Assembly (NCBI GenBank): GCA_030295235.1
Contig: AP026154.1
Location: forward strand, 372,001-436,000
Direction of reading: 5' to 3'
Length of the DNA stretch: 64,000 nucleotides
Source of the DNA: Fistulifera solaris
Lineage: Eukaryota
Shown here: positions 38,610 through 50,278 of the stretch, one piece after another
Position numbering within the stretch: position 1 is the first letter of the stretch
Layout: each line of letters begins with the position of its first letter
The notes under the pieces: generated by a model
Database searches by the model: none
What the model saw: the letters and a program-made list of their open reading frames with translations, nothing else
Told to the model about the DNA's origin: nothing
Position numbers and translations under genes: made by a program

Positions 38610-40586
38610 CTATCGGACCGCCTGCAAGTATGTATCCGTGGTATACAAAGACTGGTCGATGGAAAAATCGTCCATCTCTTGCCTTTCACGCTGTGATGGA
38701 GCAACGGTAGTAGGCGCTCGAAAGGATGCCAAGTCTGACGAAGGAGTTGGAATACTTTTCGGTATCCGGTGTACAGTGAAAATGAGGACCGCCGCAGCGG
38801 CGATGGCCACCACCGATGTTCCTATCACAATGACAATTAACCAAGGAAACGATTTATCCTCTTCGTTGGACTGAACTGGACCTGATGTGTCATACCCACT
38901 AACTTCCACTCGCAAGGGTCCCTCTATGGCTAACCCGCCAGCAATGAGAAACTCGTACAGAGCTGCGGTGCCGGTGGACGAAAAGTGTCCGATCAGAATG
39001 TCTTCGAGTTCTTGTTGGCTTATTTTTGAGACATTATCCTCAGATATGACCTGACCAGAAACGATAGCACTTCGATCCTCAACAATCAGGGCAGTAGCGT
39101 ACACAGACTTAATAGGAGAAGGTGCCGCCGCCAACAAGAAAGCCGTCAAGTAGTCGACGATAGACCGCTCAAACGAACGGCTTTCGATTGGTTGTTTAGC
39201 TTCTTCCCAAAAGATGATTATAGTCGATAGAGGAACACCATTGAATGATTTAGAAGATGGAGCCGCTGAGTTGGCTGTTGTGGATGACATTGTAGGGCTG
39301 TCGGAAGAAACGGGTACTATAGATGCAGGTCCGGCTTGTATTACCGAAGGTGCAACAGACATTACGCCATTGGGAGACCTGGATGGTAATGTTGACACAT
39401 ACCACTCCTCCAAGGGGATCATTTCCCACGTTTCATATCGATAACAAAGAGCAATAGCGGCTTCACGTTCAGGAGCCCCCAGGTCATTCCAAGCCCGATC
39501 TCGCATTTCAGGAGGTGCTGCATTATTTTCCCATAATGTACTGTCCCATTCCAGAGTTTCTAAATGTTGGATAGTTTCGGGTGGCAATTCATCCCAGGCA
39601 TATCCTTGGTAATGATTGATATAGCAGTCCCACTGTGCTTCGGTAAAGCCCATTGCAGCCACAATATCCTGCTCTTTCTTTTCTAGTGAAATAAAATTCA
39701 GTGACTCGACTTGTGCAGTACCCGGCAAATCCCATGATTCCATCTCATAGCCAAGCGAAATGGCGAGGGACTGGAACTCATCACTCAATTGCGTCCATGG
39801 AACGTAGCGAATTGGATCGACTGGATCGATGTTTGTAGAAAAAGCAGGTATTGTTGGAATAAATGTCGGCGTAGATGTTGGAGCAGTTGTCAATAAAACA
39901 GAAGGAGTCGTTGAAGAGAATATAGTCGGAGAACTTGATGATATATTTGTTGGGGTAGATGTAGGAGAGGCTGTGAGACGAACGGATGGCGACGTGGTTG
40001 GTGATAGTGTAGGACTACTCGTTGCTGACACGGAAGAAGATATCGTTGGTGCCACGGTCTGCGTCCAAAATCGAATTTGAACGCCATTCCATAGTTCCTC
40101 AAAATAGCACAGCTCTCGTGCGGCTTCTTGTTCGCTAGATCCAAGTTGATCCCAGATACGGCGATCTACTTGTGCCACGGATCCCCTTTCCTGCTCCCAT
40201 CGTGTTGCGTTGAAACCAAGCCATTCATAATATAGTGCGACTCCTCCCATTTCCAATTCCTCCCAGGTGTATCCACGATAATGATTGACATAACAGTCCC
40301 ATTGCTCGGACTCGATACCCAATTGTTCTACGGCACCCTGATGCGCCTCCGACAACAATTCAAAACGGTTGTATTCCAAGGTGAATGTTCCTGGAGTATT
40401 CCACTGCATTTCATCGTATCCCATGGATGCAGCGACATCTTGCGTCGGAGGATCCAAATTTTCCCAGACACGAAACCGATTGGTAGGGTAATCTACGCCG
40501 CGCGAGTTCGTGCTCGAGAAATCATTTCCTCGGACGGCGAATATCACCGAAACGAAACCAAGAAGCAACTTTATGATAAAAAACAT
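38610..40586 (-). CDS. Type I membrane/cell-surface protein with two Trp-rich repeat domains and S/T/P linkers
   Basis: 658-aa ORF with signal peptide MFFIIKLLLGFVSVIFAVRG, a duplicated QWDCY(V/I)NHYxGYxWxEL domain and a C-terminal TM helix. Confidence 0.85.
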   Translation of the reverse strand: MFFIIKLLLGFVSVIFAVRGNDFSSTNSRGVDYPTNRFRVWENLDPPTQDVAASMGYDEMQWNTPGTFTLEYNRFELLSEAHQGAVEQLGIESEQWDCYVNHYRGYTWEELEMGGVALYYEWLGFNATRWEQERGSVAQVDRRIWDQLGSSEQEAARELCYFEELWNGVQIRFWTQTVAPTISSSVSATSSPTLSPTTSPSVRLTASPTSTPTNISSSSPTIFSSTTPSVLLTTAPTSTPTFIPTIPAFSTNIDPVDPIRYVPWTQLSDEFQSLAISLGYEMESWDLPGTAQVESLNFISLEKKEQDIVAAMGFTEAQWDCYINHYQGYAWDELPPETIQHLETLEWDSTLWENNAAPPEMRDRAWNDLGAPEREAAIALCYRYETWEMIPLEEWYVSTLPSRSPNGVMSVAPSVIQAGPASIVPVSSDSPTMSSTTANSAAPSSKSFNGVPLSTIIIFWEEAKQPIESRSFERSIVDYLTAFLLAAAPSPIKSVYATALIVEDRSAIVSGQVISEDNVSKISQQELEDILIGHFSSTGTAALYEFLIAGGLAIEGPLRVEVSGYDTSGPVQSNEEDKSFPWLIVIVIGTSVVAIAAAAVLIFTVHRIPKSIPTPSSDLASFRAPTTVAPSQRERQEMDDFSIDQSLYTTDTYLQAVR

Positions 40587-41114
40587 GATGCGTTATATGA
40601 TCTTGTTGAGTCGATTGCTTGTCTCGTTGGTCGATGAGGAGCATGATCCCCACCGAAGATTGGAACCAAAGAATCGGTTTTGCCGAGTCTTGTCAAGGCA
40701 TTTTCCGAGAGCGGACCGTTGACCCTCTGCTGAATATTTGGGCCATGCAAAGGTGAGATGCACTCCTGTGAGCACTGAGCACGAGATAGAAGCGTTGGGA
40801 TCAAGTTTCTGAAGATGCGGGAAATTGTGTACTTTCACTTATGCCCCGGTAGAGAAATGTACCAAGAAGGGGTACGTTCCCGAGTCTCCGGTCTCCGCAC
40901 GTGCAGTGCCAACTGCGAACTAAAAAAACTGTCAACAAGGGGACCTACGTATCGTATGTCCCCACTTTTGCAGCTTCGTGATCTGTCCTCCCATCGGTCA
41001 TTTGTCATTTCTGTCCGTCCCAGCCCCACACGAGCGGGCATTGCCGCAGTCTACCGTTAAAAACGTTAAAACTGCAACATGAATGATTTCCTCCGTCATT
41101 CGTAAAGTGCTTAT

Positions 41115-41238
41115 AGAATTTCTGGACACGCAACTCTACATCTCCCGATTTTCTGGAGACGCAATTTTACCAGGTATAGGTCGAGAATTGCTGACAAGCA
41201 ACTTTACGTATTAAGAATTTCTGGAGAAGCAACTTTAA
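41115..41238 (+). repeat. Four degenerate ~25-bp direct repeats (consensus AGAATTTCTGGAGA(A/C)GCAACTTTAC)
   Basis: Copies at 41115, 41146, 41184 and 41214, separated by 6, 13 and 6 nt. Confidence 0.75.
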
Positions 41239-41284
41239 TCAAGCTATTATTCCAGTTTTATAGAAATTTAGAAGCTACTGTTTC

Positions 41285-42290
41285 AAACGCTTTAGCGTCT
41301 TGTGTCCCCATCCATATGCCTCTTTGTGTCAGTTGAATATTCTAGTTCTTGACAAAGAGATCTCGCATGGCTCGAACTTGCTCCTCGTCGCCAATAGCAT
41401 GGCTGGGCGGCTGGATCGGTCGTCCGATCACATACAAAAGTGTTTGCTGGAAAGGGATCGGTAGCCCCCAAACACCAAAGAAAAGTACAATAGATATTCC
41501 GAGTCATCTCGATAGAGTTTCCAGGAGAGGTAAATCAAGACGTTTCATCATTTTAGTTGCGCCAAATGCGTAAATAGGAATCACTGGTAGATTGTGTTTG
41601 ATGGCCATGCGCAAAAATCCTTTTCGTACGATGCTGTACTCTTCGTTGGGATTGGTCATCGCCTTCGGATAACCTTCAAATATTCTGCTATCCCTCCGGC
41701 TACGATTCCTCTTCGTTCGCCTTTAGAAAGAACGTTATCGACGGACGATTTGCTCGCGTCGCTGTTCGAACATGTGAGACTGATCAATAAAAAACTCCGA
41801 AAATAATAATATGAAACTTACATAGCGGCACACCATGATAAGAAGTCTTGAACAATGGGAAATAGAGCGGTTGCAGAAGCCACCACAGGACGAAATACAC
41901 CGAATGTGGCGGATTGAGCAATGTCTGGCAGAGCTGCAAAGGCAAATGCAAAGGGAAAATACCATGCGGCACAAAACCCAGTATTGCCTTTTCTTCTTTC
42001 ACATCTATCGATCTTTTGTTGCTAGCTGTATCAGAAATAACTTCCATGGCAATAAATCTAAGCCAAGCTTGCCAGAGTCGCCATTTTCTGACTTGCAATT
42101 CCTTCCCAAAATGTGGTGACCGATGCGGCCCAACGGCCAGAAGAATGGATGTGGCGATCGCTAAAGCTGCATAAAGAGCTTTTCGTCGCTTATCTTTGAC
42201 TATCTTCCATCGTCGCCGCGCGCATGCAATACATGCCGGCACTCAAACAACTGTTGTTGCCACAAGTCGTCTTCCAAAGCGAATGAAGTC
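41285..42290 (-). pseudogene. DGAT2/MOGAT-family acyltransferase, apparently disrupted
   Basis: GFVPHGIFP, RPVVASA, AGGIAE, RKGFLRMAIKHNLPVIPIYAFG and GLPIPF...VIGRPI can be recovered across at least four frameshifts and two in-frame TGAs (42243-42245, 41504-41506). Confidence 0.7.
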
Positions 42291-42980
42291 AAAAATGACG
42301 TGACCGCCTTTTGGCTTGGCAGTTCAAGGCAGCGCAAGGCATTTATCGTTGGCTATGCTGTATAATCGAAAACGTGTATAGCAAGCGAGGAAGGCCGGTG
42401 CGGACGAGAAAAAACGAAATTGTAAATGAGTTACACGTTGAAATGACGTCATGGAGGGAGCTTCAAAAGTGGGGACTGGGGACATACGTAGGTCCTCTTT
42501 TTTGGAACCGGTCTGACGTCGGACGCAAGTAGTATCGGCATCGGACGGTTAGTGGTTAGTGTATTGTCTGATGCATGAATGGATTATTTACGCCTTATTA
42601 ATTATGACTGCTGTCGCCACTTTAGACTTTAGAGTGAAAGTGAAAGGTAAGGATTGGTCTATACCAGGTGTGGTCTCCCAAACCCCGAACTCAGAAGAAG
42701 TGGCAGTCGTCAATATATTTAACGGGTGTGACTATGTAACGATTAATTTTACTTAAAGACTGGGTATTATTTCTTGGGACTTTCTAAGAGCATCCTAAAT
42801 GCTCGAATTTATTACTTTGGTTTTCCCCTACCTCCTACCTCCTTCCTTCAACTGCGAACTGCGACTGATCCAAGATGTTTTTCCCCGAGTTCTGCAGCCC
42901 GTCTCCGCAAAACGGAGTGAACTTTCGAAAACAAAATTGAATGAAAAGGTCGGAAAGTATTGCGAAAATCAACTTTCACG

Positions 42981-44652
42981 ATGTTACCATCCTTACCATC
43001 AACACAGTCATCTTTGGAAAAGAGGGTCATGAGAAGCCGGTTTCTTTTGATAGTAGCGCTGTGGTGCACAACAAGTCTTTATTTAGGATATTCACGGTTG
43101 ACTACTTGTGGGCTCCCATCGGACTTTGATTTCAAGGAGCAGTATGCATCGTCATTTTATAGCTCAGGCAGATACAATGAAGAACCATTGCCGTCGGATC
43201 GCTCTGCAAAAATTATTCCGCAAGCTATTCCACCCAAAGCGCGTGACTTTCTTTCGAACAAGCAGACGTTTGAGACGACGGAAAGATCGCAACCCAAGCA
43301 GCTTCCGGAACATGATGTTGAATCCCCGTCAACTAAAACACAAGTCTCACACTCCAACGAGCAGCATTCTGAGACGACCGAAGAAGCACGACATGAGCAG
43401 CTTTCCGAACAAGTAGCAGAACCTCCATCCACCGAAACGCAAGACTATCAAAAGACCGTGAACAATGTTGAGACGAATGAACATACACAGCCAGAACCTG
43501 AACTGCGTTCAGAGCCAATAGCGGAATCCTCTCCAACAGAAACGCAGCACTCTCAAATGACCGAGCAGAATATTGAAATATCAGATCATACATCACCAGC
43601 CTTTTGGAGCACAGTGTCATGGCGTGAATTCAGAGCACGCGTTGCGGAAACACAGCCATCATCATTCTGTAATGAAACGCAACCCGCAAATCTCACACTT
43701 GTTGAAAAAACAGACCAGTCAATTGTTGGCTGGCCTGGTCAAAAAAAGAGTAATGGAGATAAAACGATCTGCAAGTTTGATGCACGCGAATTTACGTTTC
43801 ACCTTCCTCATGCAATGCAGTCAATTTACGGTTGTTGGTCTCTATGGGAGGCGCATGGTGGACACCCTGTGCTGGTGGGTCCCCCGGATCATGTAGGTTT
43901 CAACGAACCATTTAAAGATCTCTTCATGATAGGAATGTTCAAGGCTTTGACTGATTACTTCAATGTGACCATCACGACGACAGATCACGTCAAGAAAGAG
44001 GACCTAGATAATGCAGTTCATCTTGAAATCTGGGGTGGCGAGTGGTATGGACGTCCCTTCTTCTTGCGTCGCGACGACTCCTGGAAATGGACTGACACAA
44101 TTTTGATTAATGAACATATAGATCGAAACGCTTGCCAAAACGTGGTTCGCGTTGGTATCCTCAATCGCCATCCAGGGTACGGCCGCTCGATTTTGAATTC
44201 TCAAGAAATCATGGAGGAACTGTTGCGGGTGTTTGGTGATAAATTGCAAGTCGATGAAATTTTGTTCGAGAACAAAAACTTTCAAGAGCAGATTCAATGG
44301 ATGGCATCCCATGACATTGTGTTAACAGGCCACGGAGCACAAGAGACAAGCTTGAATTTTATGCCCAAGTGTGGTGTGCTTTTAGAAGTGTTCCCATCTT
44401 CTTACTACGTTCCAGAGTATTTTTCCGCCTTGAGCGACACAGCCCACGTGAGGCATTATATCATGAACAGTGATCGGACGCGTGATCCTACCTGGTATCG
44501 CTGATACAAAAAAAAGCAGGGAAACCGTGGAGGCTGAGTTGGCGGCAAAGAAAATACAGATGTGCCCAACAACGCGGAGCATGCTAGATCATGTTGTGAC
44601 CGCAATTCGTGACTGGGATTTTTGTTGCAATGCGGCAGTGAGCAACTCGTAA
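42981..44652 (+). CDS. GT61-like (DUF563) glycosyltransferase, type II membrane, paralog 1 (frameshift near 44490-44515)
   Basis: N-terminal TM, acidic stem, VGILNR...RSILN, FQEQIQWMASHDIVLTGHGAQET and LLEVFP..Y. The C-terminus continues in ORF 44470..44652, matching paralog 2. Confidence 0.8.
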
Positions 44653-45577
44653 ATGTCAGGATGTGTCCCTTTCGTTAGTACCTGACTAGAGTGTGGTGTG
44701 TGGTATAGATAAATTCAACCTATTTTTTCACGACGAATAGCTCTTCGTAGTTGCGTTTTTCAGCAGTTGCATGCTTTTATTGTTTAAGCTGCGCGAGCAC
44801 TTCTGAGAGATTGAGGATGACGAATTCGACACGGAAGACTGACGATGAATGCAGAGAGTAAAAGTGATTATTCAATGACAATGCAACGCAATTCTAGAGA
44901 GAACGAAAAGGAAGCCAAACGTAGCATAGGCTCTCCACTCTCCACAGCCTTAGTTTTTTGCCTCGTCTATCCCCAATCCCTATCTACTTTAGTTTCATTA
45001 GTTTGCTGTGCAGGATCCAGGATCCAAGATCGTCTCTCGATCTCGGCACCAGCATTTATTCTCGGATCTTGTTTTTTGTATAGGTTCAGATTAGTCAAGT
45101 ACTCAGTATCGCTTTTCTACGTTCTACTCCTTGTCTCCTATATCCCCAGTATTTAAGCCTTTGCTGTTTACTGTTTACTGGAGGCTTCAAACTTCAGATG
45201 CTGTACACTGTAGACTGTAGCGCGAGTCGCGAGTCAAGATTCACGCTTGATCCGAGACCCCGGACTCCGGATCCACAGTTTTATTTGTACTTAACTTAAA
45301 CTCCGTAGTTCTGAAGCGTCCTAAATCCGAAAGTCGAACTCTTCCCTCCTTCCACTATCGTCTACTGTTTATCCTAGTCACCCTCACAATCCATAAGTTT
45401 TTCTTTTCTCCCCCTCGCGAACGTACCAGGTACCTGGTAGCAAATTTGCAACTCATCCTCGCGCAAGAGCGCACCTTTCGCCTCGAGATTTTTTCCCGAG
45501 TTCTGCTGAAGGCAAACCGACGACCTTGAAGACCACGGAATGCGGAAGTCGTTGTTAACACAACATAGCCTCTCACC

Positions 45578-47173
45578 ATGTCCAGCTGCTTCTCGACAGC
45601 AAACTCCTCTTCCGAAGGCCGGTTCCTGAGCAACCGTCTTTTATGGATCACCGCGCTGTGGTGCACCGCCACTCTGGTGCTGGTGTACGCTCGTTTGTCG
45701 AGCTTCGGGCTTCCCGCGCACTTTGAGGTCAAGATTCAATATACATCGTCCCCTTACAACCTCGGAGAGACATTAGTCGACCGGTCACCGCACGCTGCGT
45801 TACCTCAAGAGCTTCCGACGGAGCAGAAACAATATGAAAGGACGGGAGAAAAACAACTCGAGTCGTCGATTCCTTCAGCAGAGTTGCCGTCGACAGAAAC
45901 GCAAGACACTCCAGCAAACGATCAAAATACTGAAATAAATGAACTTTCGGAACCAGAAATAGAATTTCCTTCGTTAGATAAGCACGACTCTCCGACGATC
46001 GAGCACAATATCGAAACAAATAAAGAAGAAACACATACAGAGCAGCTTTCGGAAGCAGTAGTTGAATCCTTAGAAAAACAAGACTCGCAAACGATCGAGC
46101 AGAATACTGAAACATCAGGTCTTGCATCGCCATTCTTCTGGAATACCATGCCCTGGAGTGAAATAGAAGCACGTGCTGCGGCCACCAGGTTGTCATCCTC
46201 CTGTAACGAAACGCAACCGGGAGAGCTCACCTTCATGCCGAAATCGGATCAGTCCTTGATTACTTGGCCGGGGCCCCGCGACGGAGACAAAACCATTTGC
46301 AAATTCAATACGATAGCATGGTCCTTCCATCTTCCTCATATGATGCAGTCGATATACGGTTGTTGGTCTCTTTGGGAAGAGCGTGGTGGACATCCGGTTC
46401 TGGCGGGTCCCGTCGACCACGCCGGTTTCGATAAGCCGTTGAAAGATCTATTCATGGTAGGATTGTTTCAAGCGATGATCGACACCTTCAACGTGACAGT
46501 TACGACGGTAGATCAACTCAGTGAAGCCGAATTGGAAAGCGCCGTCAAGCCGCCGATTTGGGAAGGAGACTGGATGTGGACCGCTTTCTATATGCGTCGC
46601 TATGTGGCCTGGAAATGGACCGAAGCCATTTTGAGAAACGAGAATATTGAGCGAAAGTCCTGTAACAGTGTGGTGCGCATCGGCATCATCAATCGGGAGG
46701 CTCGGTACGGCCGCTCGATCTTGAATGCACAAGATATTTTGGATCAATTGTTTCGCGTCTTCGGTGACAAAGTGGAGGTCGATGAAGTCTATTTTGAGGA
46801 TACATCTTTTCAAGATCAGCTGCAATGGTTTTCGTCACATGACATCGTTCTTACGGGCCATGGAGCGCAAGAGACAGGGATGCCCTTTATGCCGCAGTGC
46901 GGTATATTGTTAGAAGTATTCCCGTTCAACTATTACATTCCCGAGTATTTTTCTGCCTTGACCGACTCGACTGATGTGCGGCATTATGTAATAGTGAATG
47001 ACGCGACTCAGAGTGATCCGATCAGTGCGACGAAGGAAAGTACATCAAATCCTGAGACCGACGCCAAAGCAAAGGCAACGAAATTATGCCCGGCAACGCG
47101 AAGCACGTTGGAGTATCTTGTAACCGCGGTTCGTGACTGGGACTCTTGTTGCAGTTCGTTGAATCAACGTTAA
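45578..47173 (+). CDS. GT61-like (DUF563) glycosyltransferase, type II membrane, paralog 2
   Basis: Intact 531-aa ORF with FQDQLQWFSSHDIVLTGHGAQETG and LLEVFPFNY; collinear with paralog 1. Confidence 0.82.
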   Translation: MSSCFSTANSSSEGRFLSNRLLWITALWCTATLVLVYARLSSFGLPAHFEVKIQYTSSPYNLGETLVDRSPHAALPQELPTEQKQYERTGEKQLESSIPSAELPSTETQDTPANDQNTEINELSEPEIEFPSLDKHDSPTIEHNIETNKEETHTEQLSEAVVESLEKQDSQTIEQNTETSGLASPFFWNTMPWSEIEARAAATRLSSSCNETQPGELTFMPKSDQSLITWPGPRDGDKTICKFNTIAWSFHLPHMMQSIYGCWSLWEERGGHPVLAGPVDHAGFDKPLKDLFMVGLFQAMIDTFNVTVTTVDQLSEAELESAVKPPIWEGDWMWTAFYMRRYVAWKWTEAILRNENIERKSCNSVVRIGIINREARYGRSILNAQDILDQLFRVFGDKVEVDEVYFEDTSFQDQLQWFSSHDIVLTGHGAQETGMPFMPQCGILLEVFPFNYYIPEYFSALTDSTDVRHYVIVNDATQSDPISATKESTSNPETDAKAKATKLCPATRSTLEYLVTAVRDWDSCCSSLNQR

Positions 47174-47404
47174 AGCTGTGCGGGCCAGAAGAGAGAATTA
47201 GTTTCTATGTACAAGTAGCTACACGCATTTTTGCCTCCCAGGACTATCTTTGGGTTTACGTATTCTCCATTATGCTTTCAGTTATTTATCCGAACCACAT
47301 TGCTTTCGACCAGAATGATTAGACAATAGTGAACAAAGAATGTCACTACACTGTCACAATTACTATCTATAACGTCTATGCACGAGAAACTGCGCGCCCG
47401 AAGT

Positions 47405-50278
47405 TTATTCAAAGTAATGATTGTCCTCCTCTTTCGAGATTTCAATATCCACCTTGTCTTTCGGTCGCAGATCAAGCTCAGTCGCCGTTTCTTCGGAAAT
47501 ATCAGGGTACACGTAGTCATTTCGAAGCTCATCTTGTAGATATGCGTCTTTGAGGAAACAAAGGTCGTTGCTGTCACTCATCTCGCTTTCAGCCTCCGTG
47601 GCTTCAATCGACGGAAGGTAAGAAGCAACACGGAAATGTTCCTGGCGAAGATAGGAATTGAAGAGGAGCGTAACGATGATAAGCGCTGATAACAAGACGA
47701 TGGACGTAAGTGGTTTATAATCAATGAAAGAAACAGGTAGCGATGTATCACTTACGGAACATGAGCGGAGCGCCGATGCTTGCCTGTTTGATACCTAGCA
47801 AACCAGCAATCGTGACTTGGCCAATTACCATACAGGTCTGAATAATTCTGATGAAATTGAGCCAGATCACTCCTCCGCTGTCAGGGTTTGTAGGGTAAAT
47901 GTAAACAAATTGATGGAGGAAGGATGGGTGTAAGACGAAAAAGCAAAGTCCTACAATGTAAGACGTGATGGGAGCAATTACTTGGTAAACCTTGCGAAGA
48001 GAAACAAGTAAGCGAAAGCATCAAAGGGAAAGAGCATGAGCACAAGTAACTTACGAAAATCACCATGAAAAGAAGACATTCACAGAGGCCATGTTGGAAG
48101 CAAATGAGAAAGGCGATGGGTCGGCGAGAGGTCTCAAGCCGTAGTAAGTAGTGTGTTTTTGTTTCTCAGTATAGCGAGGTCCGATGCACTTCCGAAGAAG
48201 CGCCATAACCAAAGCAACAATGCGAAGATTTTCCACGGCAAATCCTACAACGGTCTTGACAAAGACAAGCTGTACGAAGTACGTAGACTTCGCCGGTAGG
48301 GCATTGGCAAGCAAATCGATTCCTGACCACGGGTCGTCAATTATCTCTTTGATCGTTGTCAAAAGACTTCCAGCAACAGCGGACACAAAGAACGTCTGAA
48401 TGATCATGAATGCTGCAAGCTTAGAAAATGTCGAGGCTTGGACAACTGCTGCGGATACTGGGCCTTCCAACATGGAAAGAGCTTCCAGAATAATCGGAAG
48501 CAAAGCATTGAATATAATCACAAAGAGAGGAGCAATCTGTTGAAGGATGGGTTCTAGCGGCGGAAACGCATCGATCGCATCTTCGACCCAACCAAACTGG
48601 CTCTTCAGGCCTTCTACCGAAGAGATAGACGACAAAAAAGCAATTGGAATAGTCCATAAAAGACAAAGAGTCAGGGTAGCTGCAGCGCTGATAAGACTTC
48701 CGATTTGCAAATCAGCGTGTTCGCGTCCCACATTCGCCCAAAAGACGTCAACCGGATCTGGCGCTTGTTTCACTTCCATATTAAAAGGTTCGTGATGATG
48801 GACGATTTGCATTGCAGTACTGGCCCGGTTGAGGCTCGTGAAAGTGACAAAGCCACCGCTGGTGTTCTCCCCATCTGTCGATTCCGTAGTTTCACTTTTC
48901 GTAAATATCTTTCCTTGGTTCGCGAGGTCGTTCACTCGTTCTTCATCGGCGGCGGTGACAGAGAAAGCGTCATTGTCTGCACTTTTCGGCGAGTCAGGAG
49001 TATGATGTTTCGATAATCTGCGATCAGTTAAAGTAGTGCGTTTGCGAATGCCGCGGTTGAGAGCTCGGAGATCAGAGGCGTACCCTAAGAAGACGATGTT
49101 AGAACTGGACTGCGTACAAAAGATGCCGCACAACGAATCTCACCTTCAATCGAATCAACTTCAAAAGTCCCCTTATCCTTGGATTTGACTTTGTGCGTGG
49201 GGCGCTTGCCAGTTGCATCGTTGACGGAAACGGCGTACTCTAAATTCTCCACCGTTTTGGCACGAATTTGCAGGAGCTTTGTCACATTCGGTAGTTGGGC
49301 TTTCACGCGACTTTCGAAAACAGCATCATCGGAGAAGCACTTTTGAAAATACTTTGTCAGATCAGCATTAGTGCGGAATTGTTTCGGAATGTTCCTCACG
49401 TAAACTCTGTAAAGGAGTTAATGGTTAGTACAATAGTTATTTGGTTGACGCACAGGAGTGCATTATTCGCTTGTCACAACAAAAATGAACGTTATTTGCT
49501 TTACGTACGCATAGTTTCTGGGCTTTCTCTGTTTCAAATATTTGTGCCGCATTTCTTTCGCAATCACAGAAGGCAAAGTGAGTGATCATTGACAATTGTA
49601 AAGTGCAGTCCGATTGAAAAGGGTGAATGTAGCTTACCGATGAACCACTTGAAATCGACGTAGATCAGGTACATGGTATATCCGAACAGCAAATAGGAGG
49701 CCAACGCTGTCGCAATGAGTCGCGCCGAACTGGACGGAAGGTTCGCCACGGTGGAAGCTACGATAGCATCGTCAATGTTGGAGGTTTCCACCGACTCATC
49801 CGCCGTGACATACAAAGGAATCAACCAAAGCGCATTCAACATGCCCACCAGACAAAGCTTCGCTCCCATTTCCAAAGTTCGGAGGAAGCAAAGACTATCC
49901 ATTCCACATTGTTCCATGATTTCATCGTCGGTGAATTTTTGTAGCATGAACACCCAAGAAATAAAACCGTATTGGTTCTCTGCCAAAGCAGTCTGTGGCA
50001 ATAGCGTGAGATATGTGGCGACACACAATGACAAAAGATCGAACAAAATCTTTTGTTCAGCTTACCTTCAACTCTTCCTTCTCCGTCCAGCGACGAACCG
50101 TATAAGGCCGCGGATACTTCAATCGAACGAAACAGAAAAGGAGCCACACCACAGCGAATATTGATCCGTACAAGATTGCCGTGTCACGGAGGATGGACTT
50201 GTCATTGTACTGGATTTCATTCGACGTCGAATTGCCTTCCTCCTCGAGAAGACGAGGCATCCATTCTAACTGGCTCAT
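47405..50278 (-). CDS. OSCA/TMEM63/CSC1-like mechanosensitive cation channel, paralog 1 (multi-exon)
   Basis: EQCGMDSLCFLR, GFVTFTS, APDPVDVFWANV, AAFMIIQTFFVSAV, LANALPAKSTYFV and PDSGGVIW lie across exons separated by short GT-AG introns. Confidence 0.9.

Noticed and set aside
41115..41238. CRISPR-like repeat-spacer array
   Set aside because: The repeats are degenerate, spacers are only 6-13 nt, there are no cas genes, and the context is eukaryotic.
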